From: Bugula neritina
Taxonomy: Eukaryota > Animalia > Bryozoa
DNA: 64,000 nucleotides
Assembly (NCBI GenBank): GCA_964035545.1
Contig: OZ037765.1
Coordinates: forward strand, 21,823,504 to 21,887,503
Direction of reading: 5' to 3'
The position numbers and the translations under genes were made by a program. The notes under the pieces were generated by a model. That model ran no database searches. It worked only from the letters and a program-made list of their open reading frames with translations, and had not been told where the DNA came from. Numbering within the stretch: the first letter of the stretch is position 1; the number at the start of each line of letters is the position of its first letter. Shown piece by piece: positions 38,982 to 52,347 of this stretch.

Positions 38982-41900
38982 TCAAGGGGGCAGCGGTGGC
39001 CTTGGAAGAGGGGGTTGTGGAGGCAGCGGTGGTCTCTGTTCACCATTACTTCCGTTTTCACCGCCAGTTCTCGGCTTTTTGAGTGGTGAGCCATCCATTG
39101 GCGGACGCTGATGATATCGAGATTTCATATTCTCATGATTCCTACAAATAAAATTACTACAAATTTATTCTTTGCACTCAACAAAAAGTAAGTATCTACA
39201 TATATGGCAAACACTATTCAACTTTTGAGGTAGATATATTTTAATTGTCAACACTTCTTCTGAAATAAACTGAATTTTCTAAACATATCAGACTGCTGAC
39301 TAGATACCTACAGTGAAGAACAACAAAGGTACTACCTAGGTTGTTTGTTGTAGGGATTATGAGAGCTAGATGTGACAGCTGACTGATGAGGAGACACCAT
39401 GCTATGTGATTTACTAAAGGAACTACTGGGGTGACCAGACAAATGAGTGTCTTTAGGATATGGTCTTTTCAAGTCGGGACGTGAAGGGTTGTCATATGGC
39501 CTCGCTTTACTACAACAGAGAGCACTGCTTACAGTTATCCAAGGAATAAGAGAAAACCCATCCTACCAGCCTATAAAACTACAGAGACATAGCCAAGCAT
39601 ATCATTGTATACTGCACTCAGAAACAAACCTCTCAGCAGCAGCTGCAGCTGTTGACCTTGCACGTTCCTTGTATTCGCTATATGTTCTAGGAGGTGGGGT
39701 GCTGGAAGTAGGTTTTGCAAGGTGCCCCCTATCAGGAGTGAATTTACTATGTGAAGGATGAGAATGCTGTGCTATGTGCGGCACAGGATGCGACTGTGGG
39801 TTTCTGTGATGTGAGGAGGAAGGCCGACTACCATGATGTGGTGCGGGAGACGCTCCTCTGGAGTTTGGACTGGACTCTGTAGGTAACTAAAATATAGAGA
39901 AGACAACAACCACAGTTTATACTATACAGTGTAAACTAACCAATACATGCAGATGCCAGAATAAGGTGAGAAAATATAATCCAGGAAGATATAGCAATAC
40001 TCACTGTTAATCTAGATAGGAGCTCTCTTTTAAGTTTTGGGTCAGCCTTCTCCATTACACTTAAGAATCGCTTTGAAAGATCTACACAAAGCAAAACATA
40101 CGTAGAGATGCTCTGGTCAAAAAGGCAACTTCAAATGAACAGAGAAGCTCAGGTTTTTAAACAAGCGACTACCGACCTTCTAATTTTTCCTTTGTAAGTT
40201 TAGGAGCTAAATACCACCACCAATCTTTACCTTCCTTAGATCTTTGCAACTATAGAAAAATATCAAGTGCACATTTTTAGCACAGCCAATGTAATAACAG
40301 CATGCTGGAGAGCATGGCAAAAGCACAACCAAAAATTTTGAATAATGAATCAAAATATAAGGCCACAAGTTTTTATTGCATTTTCAATTAGAATTGATGC
40401 ATTGTGGATCATAAAAATGCCCATGGACAGGAATAATAATGAAATTAAAGAGCAGACCAGTACTTCTAAAATACTTTTGAAAAACATAGGGGTGACAATT
40501 CCAATGTGAACTAGCAAGAAATCTCATCACATACAGTGCTGTGAAAAAGTTTAAGGACGCCTCATTGTTTTCCATAATAGCAATGTTCCAAGCTAATTTT
40601 AAGGCATAACAAAAGCATTTCCATAGGCATGATACCTATCAAAATGATCCTTAAGATCTCCTTATCTTATTTATATAAATTATTAGTGTCTCTTTTCACT
40701 TCCTTTCAAAATTTGGGTGAAATAATGAGATACTATGCATATATGGGAATTATTCAATGTTCTCACAATTTGTGTGTGCTGTAGGATATCAGAATATTTT
40801 ACTTGAAACATAGAAAAATATTGTATGTGATTTGTTCTACACATTATAGCAGCATTGCAACACACAGTGCTTAAAATTTTAGTATTAATGTTTTGTGGGC
40901 CAGCCTTTATTCTCAATCACTAGTCGGCAGCGACGAGGCATCGACTCGTACAGCTTCTCCAACTCGTTTTCAGTCACCACATGATGCCATGCATGAATTA
41001 CAGGCTCTATGGCTGTCACCTTAGTTGTTGGCTTCTGTGAAGAGACTATTTTAGCCATTCTTGACCATGAATTTCTTATTGGGTTCAAGTCCCGGCTTTG
41101 GGCTGGCCAGTTAAGCGTTGAGACCCTCTGCTTTTTCATCCACTCTTTAACAGTTTTTGCCCAATGGCATGGTGCATTGTCATCTTCAAATATGTTAATT
41201 TCATTTAAAAAGAAGTTTTTTTATGATTGGAAGAAGTTTAGCATTGAGATTCTCTATATATTTTTGGGCATTAACATCATTTTAGAGCAATTACTGAGTC
41301 GACCTACACCTTTTGATGTTATACAACCCCAGAACATAACGCCGATAGGGTGCTTAATTGTTGTAAGAATACATTAGGGGTTATATTCCTCATACTGATA
41401 TCTTCTAACAAAACAGTTTCCAGCATGATTGTTCACATTAAATGTAGATTTATCTGAAATAATTACTTTTTTCTAATCATTCACTGTCTAACTACCATGC
41501 TCCTTGGCCCACCGTAGCCGGTTTTTTCGCTACTTCTCGGTTAGTAGAGGCTTCCTTCTTGCTTTGCAGACACATAGACCATGGCTCAGCAGTCTTCGCT
41601 TTATCAGGGATGTCGAAGCTGTTGTTCCTGTTGATTCTGATCATTCTTTGCCAACTCAGGACTTGTTTTATGGCAATCTTTCTTGCTGATCTCAATGAAA
41701 ACCTTGTCATCTCTGAGTGTGCTTACTCTTGGTCGTCTACTTTCAGGTCGATCTGCTACACTGCCAGTCTCCATGAATTTCTTGGTAATTTGATAAACAA
41801 TTGTCTTTGCTTTGCCAACCTTTTCAGATATTTTCCTAATTGAATAACCTTCGTTATGCAAAAAAATTATTACAAACCTTGCTTTTGAAGTAAGATTTAC

Positions 41901-44900
41901 AGCTCTCATTTTGTCTATGCGCAGCACCTAAGTGGACACCATGTAAAAGCTTACAACTAAATGACAGATTTCAAATTATGGAAGAAAGTCATACTTTATG
42001 GTATCATGATGCCATGTACAAAGTCAAATTTCACTGTTTAGCCTTTTGTGATTATCAGAAACGATAAACTTTGGAAACATAAAAACACAGGAGTTGCGCT
42101 TTCCTAGCTGCTTGTATAGTTAGCCCGAAAATAGGTAGAAAACATCACAGCAGTAGGAATTTATATGGTGGAAATTGTAGTGCACATTCTAAGGGTCATT
42201 TTGATATATAGAACTTGCAGGAAAATACTAAGAACTTCCAATAAATGCCTATTAAACAATACATAGAAATACATAGAAATTTTTGCAAGCGTCCTTAAAC
42301 TTTTTCACAGCACTGTACATGATGGCACACAGATAGAATTTTTTTTTACTTTGCTTGGGCTTATTTCAAAAGTATTACAAAATAGGACTCACCTCCCAGT
42401 CTGACCATTTGCAGGCGAGGTGTATACAGATGGCGGCTATGATTTCAGAGGGATATTGCAGGCACATATTAGTCAGCAACAGGCTACAAATATAACAGCC
42501 AATCTCACAAGTCTTGTCTTCAAAGTGAAAATGTTGCAACAGAAATTGAACTGCAGAATACACAGGAAATAGAACACTTTTCAGGTTTACATGTTATACA
42601 CTTTATCAAGAACGTTTCCAAGAACCAACAAATGCATCAAATATAGCTGCGCAGATCAATAACCTTTCCCTCAAACGATAAGAAAAGCTTAGAATACAAT
42701 TAATTTAAAATTCAATAACAACAACTAGCATGTGTACCACTGAAAAGACATACCTGTTGGTGGACAGAAAATAGGATAACTGAGATAGCTCTTTTGGTGC
42801 TAAAACAGAGTAGAATTAAAATTACAGATAAATTGCACAATATACTCGTTGGTGAGGATAAAGATTTATAAGCAAGATTTGACAGACAATAGCACAAAAG
42901 ATGCAAAAAGATACAGCAAGCACAGCCAAAAGAGTTTTCTGATATCTGGATAAATATGCCTTTATGCTATTGCCAGTATGTAGAACTTCGTGTCACCATG
43001 AAATTTAAACAAAGTTATTCTTATTTTATGTGTTCCATCATTTAGCTATAAATGTGCTACAACATTTTAAAAATTGGTTTTAAACAAGTTTTTGCTAATC
43101 TATACATAAACCAGAATGGTAGAAAACTTGGATTTCCCTTTTAACATTTTCAATTCGAAACTTTACTTGAACCAACTTTGATGGCACATTCTGCATTAAT
43201 GAGGTGTAAGGACCTTACCTTTGACTAGCTGGCATAGTTTAACAACATGTGTGTTTGAGTGGTCTATGGTCACGTTGAAACCTACAACAATTGCTACGGA
43301 TGCATTACGACTGTCAGCAAATGTTGTCACAAACTAGCTGCTATAACCACAGCTAGCTTCTGGAAGCCACCCAACAACAATTGCGTTTAAATGACTGTCT
43401 ATAGCAATACAACATCGCAAATTGTGTAGTTTAGCTAGCCATTGATCAGCCTAGAAGTGGTTAGGCAGTATGGCTACATGTATTAGACCACAAGTCATGG
43501 CACAGCAGATACCATTGCACCACAAAGCACACACACCTAGTGTTTGCAGCAGAATGTTCTCATTGATAACTAGCTCCTGTCCTTTTTCAAAATACTCCTA
43601 AAAAGAAAGCAAATAATTAGCATGAGACAAAAACCAATTATATATTACGAAATATGAAAAATAAACAACTGTTGACCGAAGAGATTCACAATGTTTACCT
43701 GACTTCTCACATCTAGTTCTGGAGGTCTTCCACCATCCTCTGTTCTGTGATTAATATAGTTATATGTTCTAATTACTAACTCTATTTTTTTGGGTTGTTC
43801 TTCTACTTTTGCAGCAAGAAAAATACAAGCGGCTGCCATCCTCTGAAGTGAGAAGTAGTAAGTTATAACAAATTACAGAGCAGACCTAATCAGACAAATA
43901 CTATTATTCAAACATTAAAGCACCATTTACTCAAATCTGCTTCAACTAGATTACTCCAACACAAAAATATTTTTGAGAGAACACAGCATCATAGTGCCCA
44001 ACTTATCAAATAGTTCACCTACCTTGAATGGGAACTTCTGTAATGAATGGAACATATAGAATCTGTGCATGTAGACTATTGCTGTATTCATGCATAATTG
44101 GTTTCTGGAATTGTTTAGCTCAAGGAAAACATGCATGAAAGACAAGATAATATTAGCACAGGTAGTAATATGGCCTAATCTACCATTAAAACAATGACAC
44201 AGCATTGTATATAAAATTTAATCCTAATATCCTTAAGAGTTTACCCTATACAATTTTGCACTTATTGCACAGCCACCATTTTAACATGAACCAATCATGG
44301 CCAATAAAACGCTAAAAACTGTTAAGCTTTATTTACATTTATATAAGAAACCAATTTGTGAGCAAGTTACACAGAGAGATCATTTTTATTCATAGTCATT
44401 ATGCAACATTAATTTTCAATTTAGTATAACACTACTAATGTTATTCCAATTGGATTATGAATAAATAATGTTATTCAGTCTTATTGTTATAGATCAATCT
44501 TATACTTTAAATGTTAAAAGTTGGTTATAACATTACATATAGGTATAACTAAGCCAGTAAACAAGTAGTACTCATACTGATTAGTTGGTCACCTTTCACC
44601 GCTGTGGTTCTGTGTGAGTGGCTGATTAGTTATCAACATTTAATAAATTAATCTCAATAATTATGATAGAACAAATTGGAAACAAGGCTAAATGAGCTTC
44701 AGTTTCAAATAAAAATCAAGTTTAAATTTAAAACTAAAAGTAACACTATTTTTATTGCCATCAAATAATTCCTTTAATTTGTGGGATCACCAACAATTAT
44801 CTTTAGGAATTGTAACTAATTTTTGAACAGTAACACCTTGAGATAAATGGCATTTTAGCTTTTTCCATTTATTGTAATCTTTTGATTGTTCGTTTTACTA

Positions 44901-46064
44901 TAACTGTTACTTTGGTAGTCTGCTGACCATTACTGTTACCGTTACACTTACCGTAACTGTTAGACTAACACGAACAGTTATAGTAACCCATAACATCAAG
45001 TTCAACTGTTAGTAGGCAGTAAGACTAACTTTTAAATGAGCTTAAAGTTAATAGAAATTCAAAGTTGATAGTGTTAATAACTATATTAATAATAATTACT
45101 ATAAATAAATACTTATTACATTTAATTCGGATTTTATCATTATTACAATATATTTCTTATTATAAAAGTTGAAACAATACATTGAATTCAACAGTTATGG
45201 ATATCACAATAATAATCGTTTCGATACAATAATTATAAATATAATATTATTAATATAAAATTAAATATAAAATCAAAATGAAGTATTAATAATCATAATG
45301 ATATTCACAATTTAGCATTTAGTTTTACATTAGGTTTACAATTACTATACTTTGTCTTTATACACTTACAGTTAACTTTATAGTTATACCGATAGCAACA
45401 CGTTTACTTTGTCTCTAACTCCTTAAACTTTAAAGTTACTCATACTGTGTTGGCTCTAGCTACACTATCACGATGAGTATGTATCTGTATCTGGGTCGAG
45501 TCTCTAGACCCTCGAGAGGGAAGAGGAGACCCTCGCGGAGGATTGTTATAAAAGCGTGACTTTAGAGATTCTCAGGTCTCTTATTGTCCTAGGAAGAAAA
45601 CTATTAAAGTATATGTTAGAATAGTATCATGTATGACATTGATTCAATGTCATACTAATCGTGATTGATTTTGAATCACATTCACATTGACTATCAATAT
45701 CCTCTATGACCAAGAGTAAGACTAAGAGCAACTCAAACTGACACTGCCAGACTCCGTGTAACTGTAAGACTTAGAGTTAATAGAATAGTATTCCTATTTT
45801 GAAATGTCAATTTTATATTATAAAAATAATTCAATTTAATAGAGTAACACTAACAGTAACAGTAAGTCTAACATAAATTTGAAGTTAAGCTCTGTGTATG
45901 CATTATCTTAAAGGATACAGTTGCATTTTTTGTCCCATTTTTTGAATGAGGTCGGCGGCTTGTTGCCTAATAGTTGACTCTTTTTCCTCTGTAAAGCCAT
46001 TTTTAATGCTGGGCGTGTTGCTTAGTTGATCTCTTGTAAACAACCACCTAGTATGGCCCGCCAT
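38982..46064 (-). CDS. CCNT: Cyclin T (P-TEFb subunit), about 11 coding exons: 45919-46064, 44023-44104, 43699-43842, 43537-43598, 43219-43281, 42754-42799, 42393-42483, 40176-40249, 40004-40081, about 39337-39887, 38982-39141
   Basis: WLFTRDQLSNTPS...RQQAADLIQKMGQKMQL|NQLCMNTAIVYMHRFY, FLAAKVEEQPKK, ENILLQTLGFNV, CIHLACKWS, His-rich segment and Pro-rich C-terminus. Confidence 0.95.
40534..42315 (-). mobile_element. Tc1-family DNA transposon, full-length, with a degenerate transposase (about 40885-41909), in a cyclin T intron
   Basis: Perfect 27-bp TIRs CAGTGCTGTGAAAAAGTTTAAGGACGC with TA TSD. HTH region, then FSDKSTF, FEDDNAPCH and WPAQSRDLNPIRN (catalytic E lost). Frameshifts present. Confidence 0.96.
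44105..45918 (-). other. U12-type (minor spliceosome) GT-AG intron, cyclin T intron 1
   Basis: Donor GTATCCTTT; branch-like TTCCTTGAG about 14 nt before CAG; splice restores the conserved frame. Confidence 0.88.
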
Positions 46065-46600
46065 TTACAGATGAAACTGACATACAGACAGACAAAAACT
46101 ACCTAAAACTATTTAGTGCAGATTTTAAAGCTTTATATTTTGCTGCGGTTTAAATTTTTTTAACCAAATACAAAAATCTGTATGATAAAAATACACTGTA
46201 ACGATTTGTTGCAAAAAATTCAATAAAATTGATGCTTATCGCAAAAAGCTTGTCTGAAAAGCGCGGAAATTATAGTGGGATTGTCATGACCCAATAAAAC
46301 ACCTGAGTTTGTAACCAATGGACGTACGAATCCATGTCACATGACGTTGTTGATGCAATCCACGGAAATTTAAATCAACATGAACACGGTGTAATCCAAA
46401 GAGATAAAAGTGCACACAAAATTACTCTGTTCTAAATAATATTATATAAAATAGGTACATTTTAACAAAGATATAGTGCAATATGCTGTAAGAGTGGGAG
46501 ATAGGGTAGGTATAACAAAACCTTGCCATTTCTTAAACAAAATAGTTCTAAAAGTAAAACGCTTCAGTCGGCGGCTTGCAGCTAGTGAGTGTGACAGGCT
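46065..46600. promoter_or_regulatory. Bidirectional promoter region, cyclin T / KANSL2
   Basis: Divergent genes; CCAAT at about 46292 and 46315; TGACGT at about 46342; CGGAA motifs. The KANSL2 ATG exon has an acceptor at 47300, implying an upstream UTR exon. Confidence 0.5.
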
Positions 46601-47012
46601 CCGAGTCTGACTACTTATACTAGTACTACTACTGCTAGTGCTACTACTACTACTACTACTTACTTTTAGTCTTAGTCTCTTTTGTAAGTGCAGTATGACT
46701 ATGAGTATCACTATCAGTATGACTATGGATATCAATGTAACTATAAGTATAAGTATTACTATTCGTGTTACTACTAACACTAACAGTAACACTAATACTA
46801 TAGTAATACTAATAGTGAGTAATACTTATACTTATAGTTATACTAATACTAATGACTAATGTAATTCTGATAAGTAATACTAATAATAATAGTAATACTA
46901 ATACTAATTACCTCAATATGAATATTACCTCAGTTGAGGTAGGACTTCAGCAGCGACTGGAATGTTAATAGGGAAGCCTGTAGTGACAACTTGAACTTAT
47001 ATTAGACCAGGG

Positions 47013-47200
47013 TTAGCACTTGTTAACAGTATTTGGTGTTTTGTAATTACTTATTATTTTTTCGAGCATCTCACAAATTGTTTGTGGCAGAAAACTAGTG
47101 TGAAACATGCTTTTCCTAGCTGGTATCGAAATAGTAATCAGTTTAAGTAATCTGTATTGATCGCATAATGCCTGCAAGTTTTGGTTATGCAAACTCCATG
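47013..47200 (-). mobile_element. Decayed LINE ORF2 C-terminal relic
   Basis: TISIPARKSMFHTSFLPQTICEM resembles [21 protein letters not shown] at about 58020-58083. Confidence 0.45.
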
Positions 47201-47313
47201 TGCATAATAACAAATATTATTTGCAAGTATTAGTAACAACCGGTTTTTAATAAAGCAGGTCCTTAAATTCGTACAACTACAAGTTATTTTTGAATTTTAG
47301 AAAATAATCAGGC

Positions 47314-50300
47314 ATGGATGTGGATATGCAAAGTTCTGGACAGATGCAATGCCGTTACTCCTTACGCCAATGCCACAAATCTGTCCTGGATGGATATCAG
47401 TATTGCTACACACATATACTAGAGGACAAGGGCTGTCCATTTTACCAGTGCAGTTATGTTTCTGGCAAAACAGGAAGGAGATGTGCGCAAGCTACATTAA
47501 AGCCTGGAAAAAAAGATGGGTAGGAATGTTAGCCACATTTAAATTTAGAGAAATTTAAACATTGCACGTTTCATATGTAAATCTGTGAGCTTATACTAGC
47601 TGAAACTTGACAATTGTTGGTATCCAACTCGGAAGATATGCTCTGAATTTTTTTACTCTTTACCTGAGTTTTTTTACTGCTTCACTTGAAGATATCCTCA
47701 GTTTTTCATTTTTTAGTCCACCACATCCATTAATTTAATCGTTTCATGTGCACAATTCACTGTTTTATACTTTTAAACTTTTAGTTTTGTCAACTGTAGC
47801 AATAAAACATAATCCTGAAAATGAGAATGCAAAGCTGTGGCAATAATTGCTGCATGTATTCATAAAAATTTTGAATGTTATGATTTTGAAGCACGTACAA
47901 TGTTTGACATAAACTTCTAATGTAGTGAAATTGTAGTATGGTTGCTATACTCATTACATATAGTGTATCACATGATATGTTTACAGGCTCTGCCCTCAAC
48001 ACAGTCTGAAGCTCAACAGGTCACGATGTATGATGGCTAAGAAACAGTTGGCTAGTAATGTGGACATTCCCGAGTCACTGCTGGGAGAATTGGAGTATCA
48101 CAGCACCACGCTATACAATAACAGTCGCGGGAAACAGAAAGTTCCATCCGGCGACAGTTCAAATTCCCATTTAGCAGGTTAGCAATTCTAAAGCAAGTGA
48201 ATTGGATATTTTAAAAGACTATGATGTCACATTTTATTAAGTTATAAGTCATCCAGGGCTACCTTTACTTCAAGTTAGTTCCTTTAGTGTGTAGGTGCTA
48301 GACCTATTAATTTTTGTGCATTTCAACTTGCACACCAAAATGTGAGGTAATTTCATTTTTGCTACAGTCTTATTCATTGATAATCATTAGAACGTCATGT
48401 ATAGTTGGCTCATTAAAGACTTTCATTTCACGTGATGAACCAATTTGTTCCCTTTTTCACTGAACAAGATTTTTCATGATTTGTGATTTTTATACTTACA
48501 TATCACTTTGTTTAAATCTGGTAATATGTTTCTTTAAACTAGTAAAATTTAAGCCTTACTAGTTTTGATATTCAGTGTGACTTTTATTGCCATTTGATTA
48601 CACGCCATGCGCTCGAACCTCTTTCTAACTGTATTTATGTTTGTGGCCAGAACTCGCTAGCTCTAGTGATTCTGAAGTTGAGCGAAGTTCTCATACAGTT
48701 GCCTCAATGTGGCAGCCAGATTCAGACTCCGAGAGTGTCGACAGTGAGCAAGAGGACATGTTCAAGTGAGTCAGCAGTTAAAGTTATATTTCTACTTTTG
48801 GACTTGATACTTTGCTGCTCTATCTTTTATTGATTTTTGTATGTTTTGAAAATGATATATATTTTAAATGTAACAAGAAGTATTTATGAGTTAATGCTTT
48901 CACCTTGTGTGTTATATATGTGTTGGTATGTGTATATAGTAGGTGTATCTGAGATTCAAAGTTTCATAATTTTTGAGGTCAGAAATTGGCAATTCTGATT
49001 ATTATAATTTCTTAGTTATTCTTAACTTTAATGGTTGAAAACTTTAGTCTCTATTATTTTTTTTCTTACTTGTTGTAGAATATTAGTAATTGACAATAAA
49101 GAAATTGTTGATTAGTAAAAAAGTTTTCAATTAGTGTGTAGCTACTTCAATAAAAGTTAATTTACAGTCATTTTACATTGATACAATTCAAGTGACCATT
49201 AAAATGATTGTCTTCTGCAATGTTTGCTGTTGCACATATTTCAAGTTGCTAGAGGCCAACAACTTTCAAATGAGGTCATATGAATAGTAACCTCTGTGCA
49301 TAAAACACTATTGATTTTATAATTTTTATTAATAAATCCAATTGTGGTTACACCTACATCTGCACATAATGCACTTAGCTAATATTTTACTAATAATTAG
49401 ACATGCTACATTGTTATTATGTGCTGTAATATATAATCTAACTCATAATGTATTTCTACTATGCAGATATTGTATTGCATTACTATACATATACTGTATC
49501 TTACTATGTAGTAATGTATATACTGTATCTTACAATTATAACCATGTATATTGTATACTCATGATATTTTACTTGATACACTTTACATGACTGAAATGTT
49601 GGACTAATGTTAGGTATGCTGAAGTACTAACTGCTGAGGAGGTAACCAGAATCACTAGGGATAAACTTATACGTCTTCAATCACTGTATATTGAGCAGTT
49701 CAAGTGGCTGCAGAACGTCTTGAGGGAGAGACGACGAAAGTATCTACAATCAAGAACTGCTGAAAGCCCAACTAGCCAAAAAGATTACGGTAAAATTTGT
49801 TTGAATTATCTCATGTTGCAAAAAATTGGTATAATTTACAATCGAAGAATGGAGTGGGTTTTAAACTAGATGTTTTGGTTTTCCTTTTTGTGCTTGCTGT
49901 TGAAATACCGGCAAATTATTGGTAAAAAAAAACTTGAATGATTTGTTCCTTAGCCTTAATAGTAAGTACTTATATGTCCTAGACATTTTCATTATTAAAA
50001 CATTAGCTGGGGATTAACTTTGTGTCAAATTTATATTACATGACCTTTAATAATTTTTCTGGGAGTGAAATTTTATTTATTGGCATGTTATACTACAGAG
50101 CATGTATTTTGGTTATGTAGACAATGCTGCCGAGACTGCTGACCCTATAATGCCGGTGAAAAATGATACTTTCTCTAACACCAATGAAGTCGCAGAGTAC
50201 GTTGCTTTAAGGCGATACCATCGGCGTCACGGGCAGGTATTTTAACATCCACGACTTGTGATGTTCAAATGATGCAGGATATACTATACATACCCTGCAA

Positions 50301-52077
50301 AGTAGTGTATTGCCTGTGATTCAGCAATATTAGTGTCTGCAACTCGGTGCCAGTGCAGATATGACCTTGCTAAGACATGTAGTCTCTCAGTTGAAGATTG
50401 TGATTAAGGTGTTCAGTTATGAACTCTGCATTATTAGGACTATGAAAATAGGTAGATTAAAACTATAATGCTGGAGGTAGATTACATTTTTACCATCTTC
50501 AAAATATTAAGGGTCTTTTTGATATCACATTAAGCTGTTTTGGACAGGAAGCACTGATGTATATGAGGTCACAAGAACGTAGGAGAGCGGTATGTGACCC
50601 GTCCGCTACTGATGGCCACAACACAAACAAATACAGATACTCTTCTAAACACGGCACCAAATACTGCTCCGTAAAATCATCCAAATGCCATGCCAAGTCA
50701 CTACCATTCACAAGATACTGCATCAAGCGTATCCTTTTTGCAATGCTTATCAGAATTAGTTTTTCTTTAAATTTCATTCTCCGTTTTTCATATTTTGTTG
50801 ATCATAGCTTTTGTATTCTTCATTTTCCTAGAGCGCTGGTTGAAATGGGCTTAGTTTCGCAGCAGTTTATACTCCCGAGTCATAAATATTTACAGTAATA
50901 ATTTTATCATTAACTGCAGAGTTATGTGTTTGTAGGATTTGTATTCTATAATATAGTTTTTCTTGGTATTGGTCATGGGTTGAGTCACCATCATCTTTTT
51001 GATAATATTCTTTTTAAATGTAAAGTTCTATATGAACTCACACCATCATGGTAAACTAGTCTCTGGATTTAATGTTTCTTTTTGTTAAGTCAAAAACTTC
51101 AATTTCTTATAGCAAGTTTATCATATCTAGAAATAACAATTTTTGGGCTATATAAGTGTTTCAAGTGCTTTCTCCTTTATCTTTATGACTCAAATTTTGT
51201 TTCATATTAACCAGTATAGTTTCCTTATACAGTTGGTGTAGATGTGGAACGTGATGTGCAGCAAGTGCTGTTTAGGCGGTGTGGATATCAAGCTGTAGAA
51301 GACGGTTTAAATTGTGAAAGAATTGTTCCTAATATAAGCAGCTACAACAGATGTGATTACCATTGTAATGTTGGTGATTTTGAGCTTATGTATGCTCAGT
51401 GTGAACGCTCTACAAGTGAGGTTAATTTCATATATATTTATAAAGATCATCACTTTCAATGTCAACAAAAACAATGGTCGTCATTGCAATTTCATTCTTT
51501 CAGTTATAATAAATTGAGCCCTCTGTGGTTTAATGCAAATCTCCAATGCAGACCTCGAATACCACCAACCTTGAACTAAACAAACATGTTATTTAACATA
51601 GGTATCGCTTATTAGGGTGTTACTATTCGCTTTCATGTTATAACATTATAGTTTTTTGTTCACCACGGTATAATTTTCTGTTGTCAGGAAATCGAGCTTC
51701 ACAACTCGCCTATTATTTCATCGCCTTCACATCCTCCTTGTGAGACTGATACTTTCATGCAGACCGAATCGACAGCTGTAATAGACGAAGGTAACTCGGA
51801 ACCACCACACCCACCTCCTATTCAAACAGATGGAGGTGAGTTGAGGATGTGAGGCTGCTTATGTTAATGTTTCTATGACTTAATTTTGATTCATAATGTA
51901 ATGAAATTTATCTGGATATTATTGTCTATTTAAGAAATGTAACTCAAACTGTTAAAACGAAAACCAGCTTCTAAAATAGCTCATTTATACACCTTGCCTT
52001 GCAGCTACCAGCGGTTTCATGTCACCGTTAATGTTAATCATATTAATTTTGTAGATATTGAAGAGCCTAAGTCATAA
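47314..52077 (+). CDS. KANSL2: KAT8 regulatory NSL complex subunit 2; exons 47314-47519, about 47988-48177, 48651-48766, 49614-49789, 50121-50236, 50548-50728, 51242-51420, 51688-51835, 52055-52077
   Basis: N-terminal C3HC3H-type finger (CRYSLRQC...YCYTHILEDKGCPFYQCSY), DSDSESVDSEQED, TAEEV...DKLIRLQSLYIEQFK, YHRRHG, second finger CHAKSLPFTRYCIKH...QVLF. Confidence 0.94.
50729..51241 (+). other. U12-type GT-AG intron in KANSL2
   Basis: Donor GTATCCTTT; branch-like TTCCTTATAC about 11 nt before the end of the intron; no polypyrimidine tract; C|AT completes the zinc-ligand His. Confidence 0.87.
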
Positions 52078-52347
52078 CATGCAACTAACAATTGTGACAG
52101 AAAACTGAAGTGGAAACAACACAATGTTTTATAAGTTTTTTAACACCCACATTATTAAATAATTGTAATAACAAATAAAAATAAAAAATGACATTTGGAA
52201 GGATACTTGAATGAGTTTAGACTACTAAATTCAATCACGAGTAATGGGATACAGTTAGAGTCTGTGAAAATTCGATTGTTAAGATGTTGGTGGCCATTAG
52301 AAGTCTGTTTGTCTGCGTAAGTCATTATTTGATGTTGTAGTTTACAT

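Noticed and set aside
44226-44234. Additional RTATCCTT motifs (44226 +, 54718 +, about 52199 -)
   Set aside because: Antisense to the host gene or in a 3'UTR, and not at exon boundaries.
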